Source of the DNA: Octopus vulgaris
Lineage: Eukaryota
Direction of reading: 5' to 3'
Length of the DNA stretch: 64,000 nucleotides
Assembly: GCA_951406725.2 (NCBI GenBank)
Contig: OX597826.1
Coordinates: forward strand, 35,092,001 to 35,156,000
The notes beneath the pieces were generated by a model. The model was not told where the DNA came from, did not search any database, and saw nothing but the letters and a program-made list of their open reading frames with translations. The translations under genes and the position numbers were made by a program. This document shows, in pieces, positions 1 to 12,521 of the stretch. Each line of letters begins with the position of its first letter. Positions within the stretch are counted from its first letter, which is position 1.

Positions 1-64
1 TATGTCGAGAATAAAGTATATTTGTTAACTAGTCGTCCAACTCCATTCTTTCACATACTTATAA

Positions 65-69
<5 letters not shown>

Positions 70-159
<90 letters not shown>
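70..159. repeat. (TA)n microsatellite, representative of dozens in the window
   Basis: Direct reading of the sequence. Confidence 0.98.
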
Positions 160-161
<2 letters not shown>

Positions 162-394
162 AGTCGTAAGTGACAGAGAAATAATTTGATGAAATTTTAT
201 TTAACATTAAGAAAATTCAAATATCACGACACATTGTTTCGTAACTTATACCATGTAAATAATTTATATCATGATATTTAATGATAAATAAATTACTTGC
301 ATGTCTACTGTAACGCAAAATATAAAAGATATTTCAAAATAGTCTCTGTTTGTGTGTGTGTGTGTGTGTGTGTTCCTACCACATCTTCCCATCA

Positions 395-535
395 GTTCGG
401 CAAAAGAGATCGATAGAACAGGTACCAGGTTTGAAGAAAGAACTAGTGAGGTCGATTCGTTTGAGTAGGAATTTTTCAAGGCAGTGCTCCAGCATGGCCG
501 CAGTCTATTGACTGAAACAAATAAAAGATAAAAAA
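395..535 (+). mobile_element. 3' part of tRNA-derived SINE family B
   Basis: Matches the 3' half (GGCAAAAGAGA..GATAGAA..GTGCTCCAGCATGGCCGCAGTC..TGACTGAAACAA) of the full copy at 36228-36652. Confidence 0.8.
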
Positions 536-959
536 TATGAAACAGGTACAACGACTCATACATATGCGAATATACACACATGCGCATAAGCACACATAAT
601 CTCCAAATACACATGTTCCAGATATATAAACATATATATATATATATATATACAAACGAAATGGCATTAACAACACAAACGTCACGACTATCACCGGAAC
701 CATAACAACCACTACCACTAACACCACCAGTATCACCATCCCTACCAACAGTAAGATGAGCCCAACAACCACCTACCCTTCGTAGTTATGACATTTTAGA
801 AATAGTAGCCCTATAGCCTCAAATATTACTCAACAGTCTTACATAGGAGAACAGTAATGTGGCCCTACGTGAATCGTGTATAGATTGACAAAATGGCCAC
901 GGTTGGGATGTCTTTGTTTACAGACCTGTTGGACCTGTGTTAAGAATGATTTAAAATTT

Positions 960-1152
960 TCAGCACAAAGCCAGTAATTTCGTGGGTAGAGGTAAGGCAA
1001 TTAGAGTGCTCAAGGGGTTTTATTTTATTTACCTCCGAAACGATGAAAGGCAAAGTCAGCCTCGTCGGCATTTGAAACTCAGAGCAGAAAGACGGACAAA
1101 ATGCCGCTAAGCATTTGATCCAGTGTGCTAACGATTCTTGCAGCTCACCGCC
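960..1152 (-). mobile_element. tRNA-derived SINE family A (Meta-domain type), diverged copy
   Basis: Reverse complement begins GGCGGTGAGCTG and contains GACTTTGCCTTTCATCGTTTCGG, as in the copies at 13844 and 47317. Confidence 0.8.
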
Positions 1153-1184
1153 TTTCATCCGTACTAACATCAACGTCAACTAGG

Positions 1185-2050
1185 ACATGAACAACTACAA
1201 CAGCAGCCAGAACATCAAGAACAAGAACATCACCAGCGACAACAAGAATAACACCGACATCACTTTCAATGACACTATTACTACTACCACAGCCGCCACT
1301 ATCACCACCACCACTACTACTACTACTACTACCACCTTCACAACCACCACTACTACTACCATTACCACCACCACTATTACTACAACTACCACCACCACCA
1401 CTACCAGTCAAGGGCATAGCCAGGTTCTAAAGCAAGGGGAACGACCACATATAGAAATGGCACCTTAATACACGTCAAGCAATTGTTTTACTCTTTGCTG
1501 ATTATACATTTTATAAAAGGCGCCAATTTTAAAAAATGTGGTCGGGTGGAGCAGCAGCAATCATTCTCCTTGTTTCCCTTCTAGCAAGGTCACTGCTACC
1601 AATGCTAACATCAACAGCACTAACGGTACCACAGCCATTACTACAACCATAAGCACTTATATAATTGCGCAAAACACACACACACACACACACACACGCC
1701 ACCGCCATCACCACCACCACACCACTTCCGCCACTACCACCACTACCACCACCACTATGAACACCGTCAACACCAACACCATCATCAACAGCAGTCACGT
1801 AACCAACACCATTACTACCACCTTACCAACAATCACACCAACCCCATCATTACAAATACAGGGCCCTCCTACCACCACCAACACCATCGAGACATTCACT
1901 ACCAACTATGTCTACCTTATCACTATCATTGCAAATAGATTTCACAGCAACCACCTCTACCACTACCACCACCAAAATTGCCAGCACCAACAGTATCATC
2001 ACCACTACCACAACCATTACCATAATCACCACCACCACCACCATTCCTAC
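1185..2050. repeat. (ACC/ACT/AAC)n trinucleotide low-complexity region
   Basis: Degenerate triplet repeats that generate the poly-Thr, poly-His and poly-Val ORFs. Confidence 0.85.
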
Positions 2051-2944
2051 TGACATCTATAATTGCTAGAATTTCACAGTTGGTAGTATTTATTATCACC
2101 CATCTCCATTCCCTGCTGTCTCCGAACTATTGTTTTTTTAAATTTAGATTTATCCTTGTTTTTGTTTTTTTTGTTGTTTTTTTTACTTAGTTTCTTTGCC
2201 AGATTTTTAAAATCTTTCCATAATGCCCGCCACCACCACTGCCGTCATTTTCGCACAACCTCCAAATTGAGAAAAACTTTTATAATACTGAACTGCTGGT
2301 TAATATTTTTGTCCAAATAGAATTACCAATATCTGTAATTTTCAGTTAATTGAAGAAGACACAATTCCAGTGTTTTATTAAGAGAAAATTTAACAAGAAC
2401 CCAATAAACTAGACAAAATTATATAATGACTGTCATAGAGTTAACACACTTGTGTTTATTTTTATCACTTATATTATTGCTCTTCTTGTTCCCATGGTGA
2501 GTTAGGCAAATCGTTAAAACGTGAAGCACATTAATACTCTTGTGAAGTTTCTCCTGGTTCTCGGTTTGCTCTCAGTTCAAATCTTACTGATGTCAACTTT
2601 GCATTGTAATCCTACTTGGGTCTGTAAAAGAAAGTAATCGGATCGATATAATTAACTTAAACCCTTCCCACAAACTTGATTGACTTGTCCAAAGATTATA
2701 CGAGTATTTACATATGCGTTCAAACAGAAATACATACATACACAAGCACGGAGAGTTAACTTAGTATTTACTTAATGAAGCTTTCATTCTGAGTTCAAAT
2801 AACACCAAAGTCAATTAAACATGCCTGATGGTCATTCAGTTCGACTAAATACCTTAAAGTATTGGTCTTATCCTTCTATGGTTTGAGTTCCCATTGAAAT
2901 CAACTTTTCCTTTCATAATTGGCATAAGACTACTAGATATAACC

Positions 2945-3159
2945 TGCTACAAGCCATAGTTTTAAAAGTATCGGAAAAGGCCTAGCTTGAGGTCTAACAT
3001 TCCGGTTTTTTTTCGCAGGACTTAGCAAAACTGAAGAACCGTTGCAATAAGTGTGTGAATCCCTGAGGTGAGTACGTTGAATAAAATCATAATTAAATGA
3101 TTCTCCTGTTTTTTCTTCTAGACAAAGCCAGGAACTTTTCAGCATCTCCACCCCTCGTA
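2945..3159 (+). mobile_element. mariner-derived MITE, copy 1 of 3
   Basis: Ends AAAGCCAGGAACTTTTCAGCA..CCTCGTA. It retains a remnant of the mariner C-terminus (KCV..GEYVE*) and is homologous to 30217-30435 and 47018-47224. Confidence 0.7.
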
Positions 3160-3777
3160 AAACATGCTCTGCTTCATGTTACATCAGTCTAGTCCATCAA
3201 GTTTTATTAAGCGAGCGACGTAGGTAACATAATCTATCTGTAGGGTAATTAGAGATTGCTTTCCAAAGGAGAGATATATATCTATTATATAAATTGGACA
3301 TGGGCGATCATTGTATTCTTTCTTGGCTGAGTGGATTCGCATGAAAAATGGCACACAGGTGAAGAAGGGTGCATAGATTGTGCTGCCGTTTCTATTTTTC
3401 CTAGCCCCCAAAGTTACCGAGAAAATAGATAAAAACTTTTTCTAATAGAATTCCCGTTTGTTCCGCCATTCAAACAACCAGTTGCTCACATAGCCGGCTT
3501 ATACCATTTCGCTAGCAACAAAGGGAGTATAGGATGACAGTCAGCCAAAACTTTCGCTGTGCTGTCACCCTTCTTTTGCCTTTTTGTGGGGTTAATAATC
3601 TTAATCTTTAGTTACAGTTTCTCATTAAAACTACATAATAGGCAGAATTGTCGGAGGGAGATTTGGCTGCTATTTCTACCAGGTCTAGCAACCATGTAGA
3701 GGTCTGAAATTAATTTTCATTCACATATTTGCATTTCAAAAATTTAACATAATCTTTTCCATAAATGAACTATCGTA

Positions 3778-3838
<61 letters not shown>

Positions 3839-4029
3839 ATGATGGGACGAGTGTGTAAAGATCCTTGACGTAGTGCTGTGTATGATCACTTGTTTTGAGC
3901 AGAAAAAGTGGTTGAGATGGTAAAATCCTGGTCTAGATTCTCTCTTACATCGGCTTCACACACACACACACGTGCGCTTGCGCGCAAACGCACTTATATC
4001 AGACAACGACCGCTATGGCCGCCTCGTTT

Positions 4030-5250
4030 TATTTAATAATCTAAAAGTGTGAGTCACCTAATGTGGAAGATAATGAATCCAGATTCTATGAAGAAGCTAC
4101 CCTCAACTAAGACGGTAGCATTTCACTTATTTACAATAATGAGTCGGAAAATGTACAATTAACAGAGATTATCCACATAATTAATAGACAAAATAATCGG
4201 TCTGTGTTTAGAATATGAAAACAAGTCCTTAGGGAGTTAACACCAATAAAATCAATTAATTAGTAAAACATATAGAAAATAGGTTTCGGTGTGGATCTTG
4301 TCTTGAAGCCAACTTGTAAAACAACGGACATGATCCGTTCGCCCTAACATGTTTTTATTTAATATACAGAATACTTCCCTGATGTATTTCTCCTCAACCA
4401 TATTCCTAATAAACAATTAGCCCCATTAAACAGTGCCATCATTAATAACATAGCCGTAAGCAACTGTATTATATCTTGCGTGCAGAGGGAAGGTGCAGTT
4501 ATTCCCTACTCGAGAATAACTAATTAAATTTATCCAGTTTGGTAGCTTATTGCTGCGAGATCAAATTACACTGAGTCAGAAAATAATATTCATCGGTTTT
4601 ATTTGTAGTTGCTGCTCAATAAAATAATTACCAATTGATTAAAATATACTTAGTTGCCTCCTCAGCTAGCAACACTGATTTTGGCTTCTGCCCGGTCAAA
4701 CTATAGTGTATCTGACAGCAAGATAAAACACAAGTAGACAAGTGCATGTCTGCGGTAACATTTATGATTCTTAATATAATTATTGAGCCTATATTTCCCC
4801 TACTGATTTCAAATGATTGTAAGGGCAGATTTAGCTGTCTATTTGAGAACTCTATAGAGAATATTTTGCGATCTATCTCAATAAATGAGTTGTATCTGTG
4901 CCCTTCACTGCCCTGTGAGACCTTTGGAATCAAAGGCGGTAACGTACATCAGTAAACGCTGCAACGTAATTGCTGCCCGAAAATGTTAGCAAGGAAGGAT
5001 TTCAAGACGAGAGTAAAACGAGATTTTATCAGCAGAAATAGGAAGTTTTTAGAGAAAGGTTTGTGGATTTTGAGTTGAATACGTCTGAGAAAATAATAAA
5101 GCAGATTTTACATATCATGAGCTGAAATGTATTGAAATTGTCACATTCTTAAGAAATTATATCAATATCATCCCAATCTTGTAGTTCAGAGAACGGTTTA
5201 TACTCTTAGCAAAGCCATAAGTTAGATGTCCCTAACTTGTGCGAATAACA
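4030..5250 (-). pseudogene. highly decayed non-LTR retrotransposon remnant(s)
   Basis: Minus-strand translation near 4280-4320 gives QVGFKTRSTPKPIF, resembling the RT motif QxGFRxxRSTxxxIF. The rest is riddled with stops. Confidence 0.3.
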
Positions 5251-5450
5251 TTATTTCTTTATACACCTTCCTCATTTAATGTGTATTTTGCAGATTAGAT
5301 ACAACTACATATTCAATGATTTCAGTTTTAAGATGTATCTATTAAATTTGTTTAAACACATTCATTCGTCTAAATAGTCTATCTTTTCAACTATCGTAAA
5401 TGGGCAGTTTAGTTTTATAATTTCATCTTACAGATTAATACACAAACACA

Positions 5451-5494
<44 letters not shown>

Positions 5495-5829
5495 CACACT
5501 CATGTCCGTATATACGTATGTATGACTATATGTATGTGTGTTTGAATGCATATGTAAATATACGGTTTGATGCTATTCTAATGGAATGCCATTCCAATAT
5601 ATCCAGTGGCATATAGAGCTAACTTATCGCATGGAATCGTTTATGTGCACAGACGCTAGAATCAGAATGGCATAGATAAAATAGTAACAAACAAGCCTTT
5701 CTTGTTTTGACACAAGGCCAGCAATTTTAATGATTGGGAAAGTGAATTACATTGATCCCAGTGCCTGGCAGTTATTTTATCAACCCAGAATGGATGAACT
5801 GGATGGCATTGATTAGTACCAAAAAGGGC

Positions 5830-6135
5830 TGGTCCCTCCATCTTGAGTAAGCATTCAGTACTATAGTCAAGCGCCCTCAACTTTTCGACACTTTTCAAAA
5901 CTACGCCAGAGATCTTCGTGGTGTAAATATAATCAAAGGGCATTTGGACAAATTTCTATTTTAGGTGATACAAGAGCTCATAATCGCAGCAGGAAACACA
6001 AAGAAGAGCAGTTATCTCCTACTCGATATTTCACGAAAGAGAGAGGGGGCAGGAGGGGTGTGTGATTGAAATAAAAATCAAACAATAAATATTATGACCT
6101 AGCATAGCTACAACTTGGACTGGAACAAGTACCTA
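5830..6135 (+). mobile_element. decayed 3' end of a CR1-like LINE
   Basis: Translation KRPQLFDTFQNYARDLRGVN..LDKFL resembles the CR1 ORF2 C-terminus (GPQLFNxLP..LRDL..LDxFL). Confidence 0.5.
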
Positions 6136-6156
6136 TAAACTAAAAGTTATATGTAC

Positions 6157-6187
<31 letters not shown>

Positions 6188-6197
6188 TGTATGTATG

Positions 6198-6256
<59 letters not shown>

Positions 6257-6806
6257 ACATACATACATACATACATACATACATACATACATACATGCTA
6301 CGTGTGACAGCAAAAGAGATAAGCTTCAATACTGTTGAAAATCGGGGATTATATTTATTGAATGATATAGGTATGGCGGTTTACATTCAGAACCTAAAGT
6401 TTCTGTTTCAGTGATCGTTGCATGTTTTCATTTGTTGGAAGTCTGGTGCGCTTGGCGACAACGATTACACTCATACACACTCACACACACACATACGCCT
6501 GCACACACATACATACTCACACACACACGCACAATGTATATATGTATGTCTGTATATATATGGAAAGAGAGAGAGAGAGAGAGAGACATATGTTCACATC
6601 CATTCCCTTGGAGCTGAAATTATGACTAAGTTGTTGGAGAGTATTTGATGTTTAGAACCATACAGTACCATTCTTCATCCCTTCTTCACTTCATTCCTTT
6701 TCCAAACCTTTAAGATGGTTTCCTCCATCATTAGCGAGTTGGCGCTTTTCTTTGGACTCATCGCTATCGTAGAAAGTACTTTCAATAGCGTCTTTACGAG
6801 TATTCC

Positions 6807-6848
<42 letters not shown>

Positions 6849-6849
6849 C

Positions 6850-6906
<57 letters not shown>

Positions 6907-7073
6907 TGTTGTTGTTGTTGTTCTCCTCCTTCTTCTTCTCTTAGTTTTTTTAGGCTTTTCTTTCTTTTACTTCAAACCACCACCATTCTCTTCATCATGA
7001 TCATAATCTTCGTCGCCGTCATCGTCATCGCTGGCGTTGCTGTCATTATTATTGTTGTAGTTGCTGTTGCTGC

Positions 7074-7152
<79 letters not shown>

Positions 7153-7171
7153 ATTATTATTATTATTATTA

Positions 7172-8582
7172 TTCAGTAGTTTTAGTTTTATAGCGTGCTT
7201 TCACTTCACTACCGAGCGCAGCTCTGTGTGCCTTGGGTATGTGCTGTGATTTGTTGTGATGCTCTGATGGTTATTGTATGGAAAGTGTTCTGCGTAGGAT
7301 GTGTGCAGTGCCTAGTAGTGCAATGTTTCTGTATGTTATATGTGTTTGTAAGTCCTGGTGTTTTTGTTATGTATTTGTCTGAATATTTTTTTATCATGCC
7401 TAATGCACCTACTATGATAGGAATTGTTTCTGTTTTCAGATTCCACATCCTAGTTACCTCTATCTCCAGGTCTTTGTATTTTGAGAGTTTCTCCATTTCT
7501 TTTAGAGACACGTTGTCATCAGCCGGTATTGATACATCAATTAGAAAGCATTTTTTTCTTCATGATCTCTGACAACTATATCTGGTCTGTTGGCCTTAAT
7601 TTCTCTATCTGTGTGTATCGGCATATCCCAGAGTATGGTTGCTTTCTCGTTTTCTGTGACCTTTTCTGGTGTGTGCCTATACCATCTTTTTTCTGTTATT
7701 ATTCCATAATGTTGGCATAGCTTCCAATGTATGTAGGTTCCAACTCTGTCATGTCTGTGAATATATTCCTTCTTAGCCAGGACTGGGCAGCTAGAGATAA
7801 TATGATTTATTGTTTCTTGTCCATCTCCACATATTCTGCAGTTACTTGTAATATTTCTTTTCATTACATGTTTTTGGTAATTTCTGGTGGGGAGGCTTTG
7901 GTCTTGTGCTGCAATTAAAAATCCCTCTGTTTCTGCTTTGAGTCCTGAGCTTCTCAAGCATTGCTGGGATTTTTCTTTGTCTATTTCTTTTGCGTTTAGT
8001 TTAGTGCAGTATTTACCATGAAGGGGTTTTTCTTGCCAACGTTTTATCATGGCTCGTTGCTGTTCTATTTTTAGTTTGGATTTCATTTGTTTTATAGCTT
8101 TTGTTGTTTCTTCATCATCTTCTTCTTCTTCTTTGTGTTTATTAGGTGTTATGATTTCTTGTTTGTATTTGTCAGCTTCCTTAAATACTGAGAACAGTTT
8201 TTTGTTTTGCTCGTGTTTTGCTGCTATCTGGATCAGTTTTCCTTCCTTCTGAAGTAGGTATTTTTGCAGTCCTATGGTGGTTATTTTATAGTAGTTTTCC
8301 AGCTGTATAAGGCCTCTACCACCTTCTATACGTTGTATATATAGTCTTTCTATGTCAGATTTTGGGTGATGCATCCTAGATCCTGTCAGTATTTTTCTTG
8401 TTTTCCTATCTATTTTGGACAGTTCATTTCGTGTCCAGTTAAGGATATTGTAACTGTAACTTATAACTGGGACAGCTAAAGTGTTGATACCTATTATCTT
8501 GTTTTTAGCATTGAGCTCTGTTTTTAGTATTGATCTAACTCGTCTATAATATTCTTTTTTTATTTTCTCTTTCATTTGTGTG

Positions 8583-8586
<4 letters not shown>
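7172..8586 (-). mobile_element. 5'-truncated R4/Dong-like non-LTR retrotransposon (RT thumb, CCHC finger, restriction-like endonuclease) in (TAA)n
   Basis: ORF 7541-8575 contains GGRGL, CRICGDGQETINHIISSC, RHD and RPDIV. After a 1-nt frameshift it continues IDVSIP..KEMEKLSKYKDL..IIVGALG (PD..D..K nuclease). The restored stop is near 7271, the 3' UTR is about 100 nt, and both flanks are (TAA)n. Confidence 0.9.
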
Positions 8587-8652
<66 letters not shown>

Positions 8653-8657
8653 ATTAA

Positions 8658-8700
<43 letters not shown>

Positions 8701-8724
8701 ATTATTATTATTATTATTATTGAG

Positions 8725-8895
8725 TAATTTTTTTTATCACGTGTTTTCTATGCACTACTGAGCGCAGCTCTGTGTGCCTCGGGTATGTGATGTGGTTTGT
8801 TCTGATGCTCTTATTTTTACTGTATTAAAAGTGTTTTACGTAGGATGCGTGTGGTGTCTAGCAGTGCTGTTTTCTGTTTGTTGTATACACTTGTT
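8725..8895 (-). mobile_element. second short 3' fragment of a related R4/Dong-like element
   Basis: Homologous to 7180-7335 (GAGCGCAGCTCTGTGTGCCT..GGGTATGTG..GTAGGATG..CTAG) and also bordered by TAA repeats. Confidence 0.8.
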
Positions 8896-8902
8896 ATTAT
8901 TA

Positions 8903-9110
8903 AAGGTGGCGAGCTTGGCGGAAACGTTAGCACACCGGGCGAAATGCTTAGCGGAATTTCGTCTGTCGCTACTTTCTGAACTCAAATTCCGCCGTGGTTG
9001 ACTTTGCCTTTCATCCTTTCGGGGTTGATGAAATAAGTTCCACTTACGCACTGGGGCTGATGTAATCGACTGGTACACCACATAAAGAGCCTTGTGCCTA
9101 TAGTAGAAAT
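8903..9110 (+). mobile_element. SINE family A (Meta-domain type)
   Basis: GGTGGCGAGCTTGGCGGAAACGTTAGCAC..GACTTTGCCTTTCATCCTTTCGGGG. Confidence 0.85.
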
Positions 9111-9126
9111 TATTATTATTATTATA

Positions 9127-9262
<136 letters not shown>

Positions 9263-10939
9263 TGGGAGGTAGTGGTGGTGGTGGGGTTGGTGGTGTTATC
9301 ATTATACTGATAATATTATCAATATCGATGATTCAGCCTCTGCTCTTTCAGTGCTAATTTTATCAATTGCAATAATGAATACTTAATAGACAAAACAAAA
9401 AAATTCAGATGCATTGGTTAAAATTGAAACTATTTTTTCAATAGAATAAATTATTTAGTTCTTATAAATTCATTAAACATATGACTTTCTACAAAAAAGT
9501 AATTAATTAATATAAAATGAACTTAATATAAAGTTACTCTAGATAGAACGATCTTAATCTATTTTCGTAATTAGTTTTCTATTTTTATTAATTGTGTGTT
9601 AATATATATTTTAATGTATTGGTTTTGAATGTACTTTTGTGTTTGTATGTGCATATGTAAGAGAGCTTACGAAGATGCATGAGTGTATGTACATATATGT
9701 ATATATATATGTGTGTATGTGAGTGTAGATTTATGTATGTATGTACATATATATACATACATACGGACTAAGTTATGTGTGTACATAAACGCATTTATAT
9801 TTGCATATAAGTGTGTGTGTATATATATATGTATGTATATGTATGTATGTATGTATATGTATGTATGTATATGCATGTATGTATGTGTATGTATGTATAT
9901 GTATGTATGTATATGTATGTATGTGTATGTATATATGTGTGTATGCATGAATGTAAGCACATATAAGTAAGCATACGTGTATGTATATATAAAGACGTAT
10001 GTATATAAACACGAATATATATATAATCAATGCATGCGTATACACACATATAAACACACACAGATACAAGATTGTTTACAAATGACAAAAAACAAAGTAG
10101 CAAACATATTGTACGTTTATAATTTGTTCTTCATATTTTCACAACATATGTTATATATCTGATCATTCAGATAATATATGGTGTATACTAGCGTGTCTGT
10201 AACACATTATATAGACAGATTCTAATTAATATGTTTGAGTTACGTGGTCATATTTGTGAGCAAATAAAGATTTTAGCTTTTCTGTTTGCTAAGATATAAG
10301 GAGAACTGCCTGCATATCAGGGACAACTAATTTGAGGCGCTCGTTATGTCTAAAAGTTATAGACTGAAGTGAATATTCTCTGGTGTTTCAGCTTCCGGAT
10401 GACACCCAAGAAGAACTTCGCCTGATACCGGCAATTAGATTATATATCTGACCTCCATCATGTTATAGCTCTAACTGATTTAATATGTGTAAGCTTTCAT
10501 TTAGGCCAGTCTTTTAGTTTCGATATCTCATGAGATATGGAATAGATTTATAGACGATTACTCTCGATAAAATTCTCATTTATCTCTTTCCAGTTGAATT
10601 GACAGTGAGCCTTGAAATAATACTGAGTTTTCACGTTCTTTAACATAAATGACTGGATCTGAAACATATTCTACCATATTATCCATCTGAAAAATGAGAA
10701 TATGCATATAGCATATGCTGCGAAAAATGGTAGGGAATCATGGATAGAGTGATATAGATGTGTGTAGGAATTTAAAGTAAATATAAAAATAACGAAAGTT
10801 ATTGATAGATAGGGAAATGTTAGAAGAGGACAGACGGAAAAAGAAAACGGAAACAGTTTCTAAAAAGAAGAAAAATCAGGTATCTCTAGAAATATATCGA
10901 TCCAGTGGGGTGAAGGGAATGTTTTCCAGCCGATCATTG

Positions 10940-11140
10940 TGTATTCTTGAAAGTGCTTGCACTTCTCTAATATCTCTGATCTGGTGTTTTCAAAATATGG
11001 CTTCATTACAAAGATGTTTGTAGTCCGTTTCGTTCTACCACTCTGCTCAATCGACTACGTTTTCTTCCAGTTTCTTAGATTCTGACCGGATATTCCATGT
11101 GATATTATACTTTGAAGCATTTTATTTTACTTCCAATTCG
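10940..11140 (-). pseudogene. decayed C-terminus of a GIY-YIG PLE (Naiad-like)
   Basis: Minus-strand YNITWNI... and NTRSEILEKCKH resemble the W..I / LNKRSELISKCRH end of such endonucleases. Frames are broken. Confidence 0.35.
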
Positions 11141-11277
11141 TATTCAATTACTTGCGTACGATTCGCTTGATGGATGAGTTTAAAGAAGTGTCTATGATTA
11201 TAACATATTTGTACAAATATGTCTCTGTAATTCGTGTTTTGGATTTTATCGAGATAATTCAGCGTCATAAACTATTC

Positions 11278-11697
11278 AGTTCTATATTTAAGAGATGAGG
11301 AATTATGTACATTATTTACATTTGATGGATATTTGTCCTCATCTTGTTTGTTGTTAACACAACGTTTCGGCTGATATACCCTCCAACATTCATCAGTTGT
11401 CTTGGGTAGATTTCGAACCTGGGTTCTCATTCCTAAGGTAGTTTTCGTTGTTGTTGTTGTTATTCAGGTCACTGCCTGGAATCGAACTCGGAATCTTGGG
11501 GTTAGTAGCCCGCGCTCTTAACCACTACGCCATAGGCCCACGGGCGTATGATAATACTAATATCGAAAAATACCTTAGGAATGAGAATCCAAGTTCGAAA
11601 TTTCCCCAAGACACCTGATGAAGGCTGGAGAGTATATCAGCCGAAGCGTTAACAACAAACAAGGTGAGGACAAATACCAGTCAAATGTAAATAATGT
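11278..11697. mobile_element. head-to-head inverted dimer of a tRNA-headed, hammerhead-containing retroposon (retrozyme-like)
   Basis: Minus copy 11539-11278 has an A box (TGGCGTAGTGG), a B box (GTTCGATTCC), (AAC)n and CTGATGA..GAAACGTT. An inverted partial copy lies at 11542-11697. The same family occurs at 46030-46476. Confidence 0.75.
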
Positions 11698-12245
11698 TAA
11701 AAAAGTATTGTTTCTACACAAAATGTTTTCCCTATTGAAGTTGTTGCATGTGGCCAAGCTTTTAGTTTTGTTGATAACTGTGTGCTCGTTTATACTTATT
11801 GTACAGCTATATTCAGTTTTATTCTTGTGTTCGTTAAAATGATTTCTACAGCGATGAAGCTTAATAGGTCTCAGAATCCAGTACTATATAGAAACCCCTG
11901 AAAATTTTCGGAAAATCCCGCAAGTTTCACAGATTCACAGCTATAAAAGTGGAGAACGGGAGAAGTTGACCATCATAACCTTATACAGCATATACATGGG
12001 GAAAATATTTTCTTGACAGACACGAAGAGACGTAAAATAATGTGTATAGACACATACGCATGCACACACATATAAAATATATTCTGTGCAAGTATGTGAG
12101 ACGCTTTAATGATGATTCCGGAGAGCCAAATATATAAAAAAGAAAGCATATAATTCTAGTGGTATACACATACACCCGCACACACTCAACACACGCATAC
12201 ACCTGCATACACTCAACGCACTCACGCACACACACACATATTTAG

Positions 12246-12471
12246 CATGGTTCTTTTCTCCCTCATAAAAATGAAAATTTATATTAACATCGGGTTTGTT
12301 TTAGATATTCACTTTTATATTTTATGCACGTATCGATGCATTTCCGAGAGGGAACACGACTGACGTGTGTGTGTGTATGTGTGTGTGTGTGTGCTTGTGC
12401 GGATGCGTGAGTGCATGTTTTTATGGGTGGTGTTTTTGTGCGTATGTCCATTTTGCCTATAACTTTGTAAC

Positions 12472-12521
<50 letters not shown>

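Noticed and set aside
1145-2056. Thr/His/Val/Gly-rich ORFs resembling mucins or His-rich proteins
   Set aside because: They are translations of ACC/ACT triplet repeats, open in several frames and on both strands, with no domain or splice evidence.
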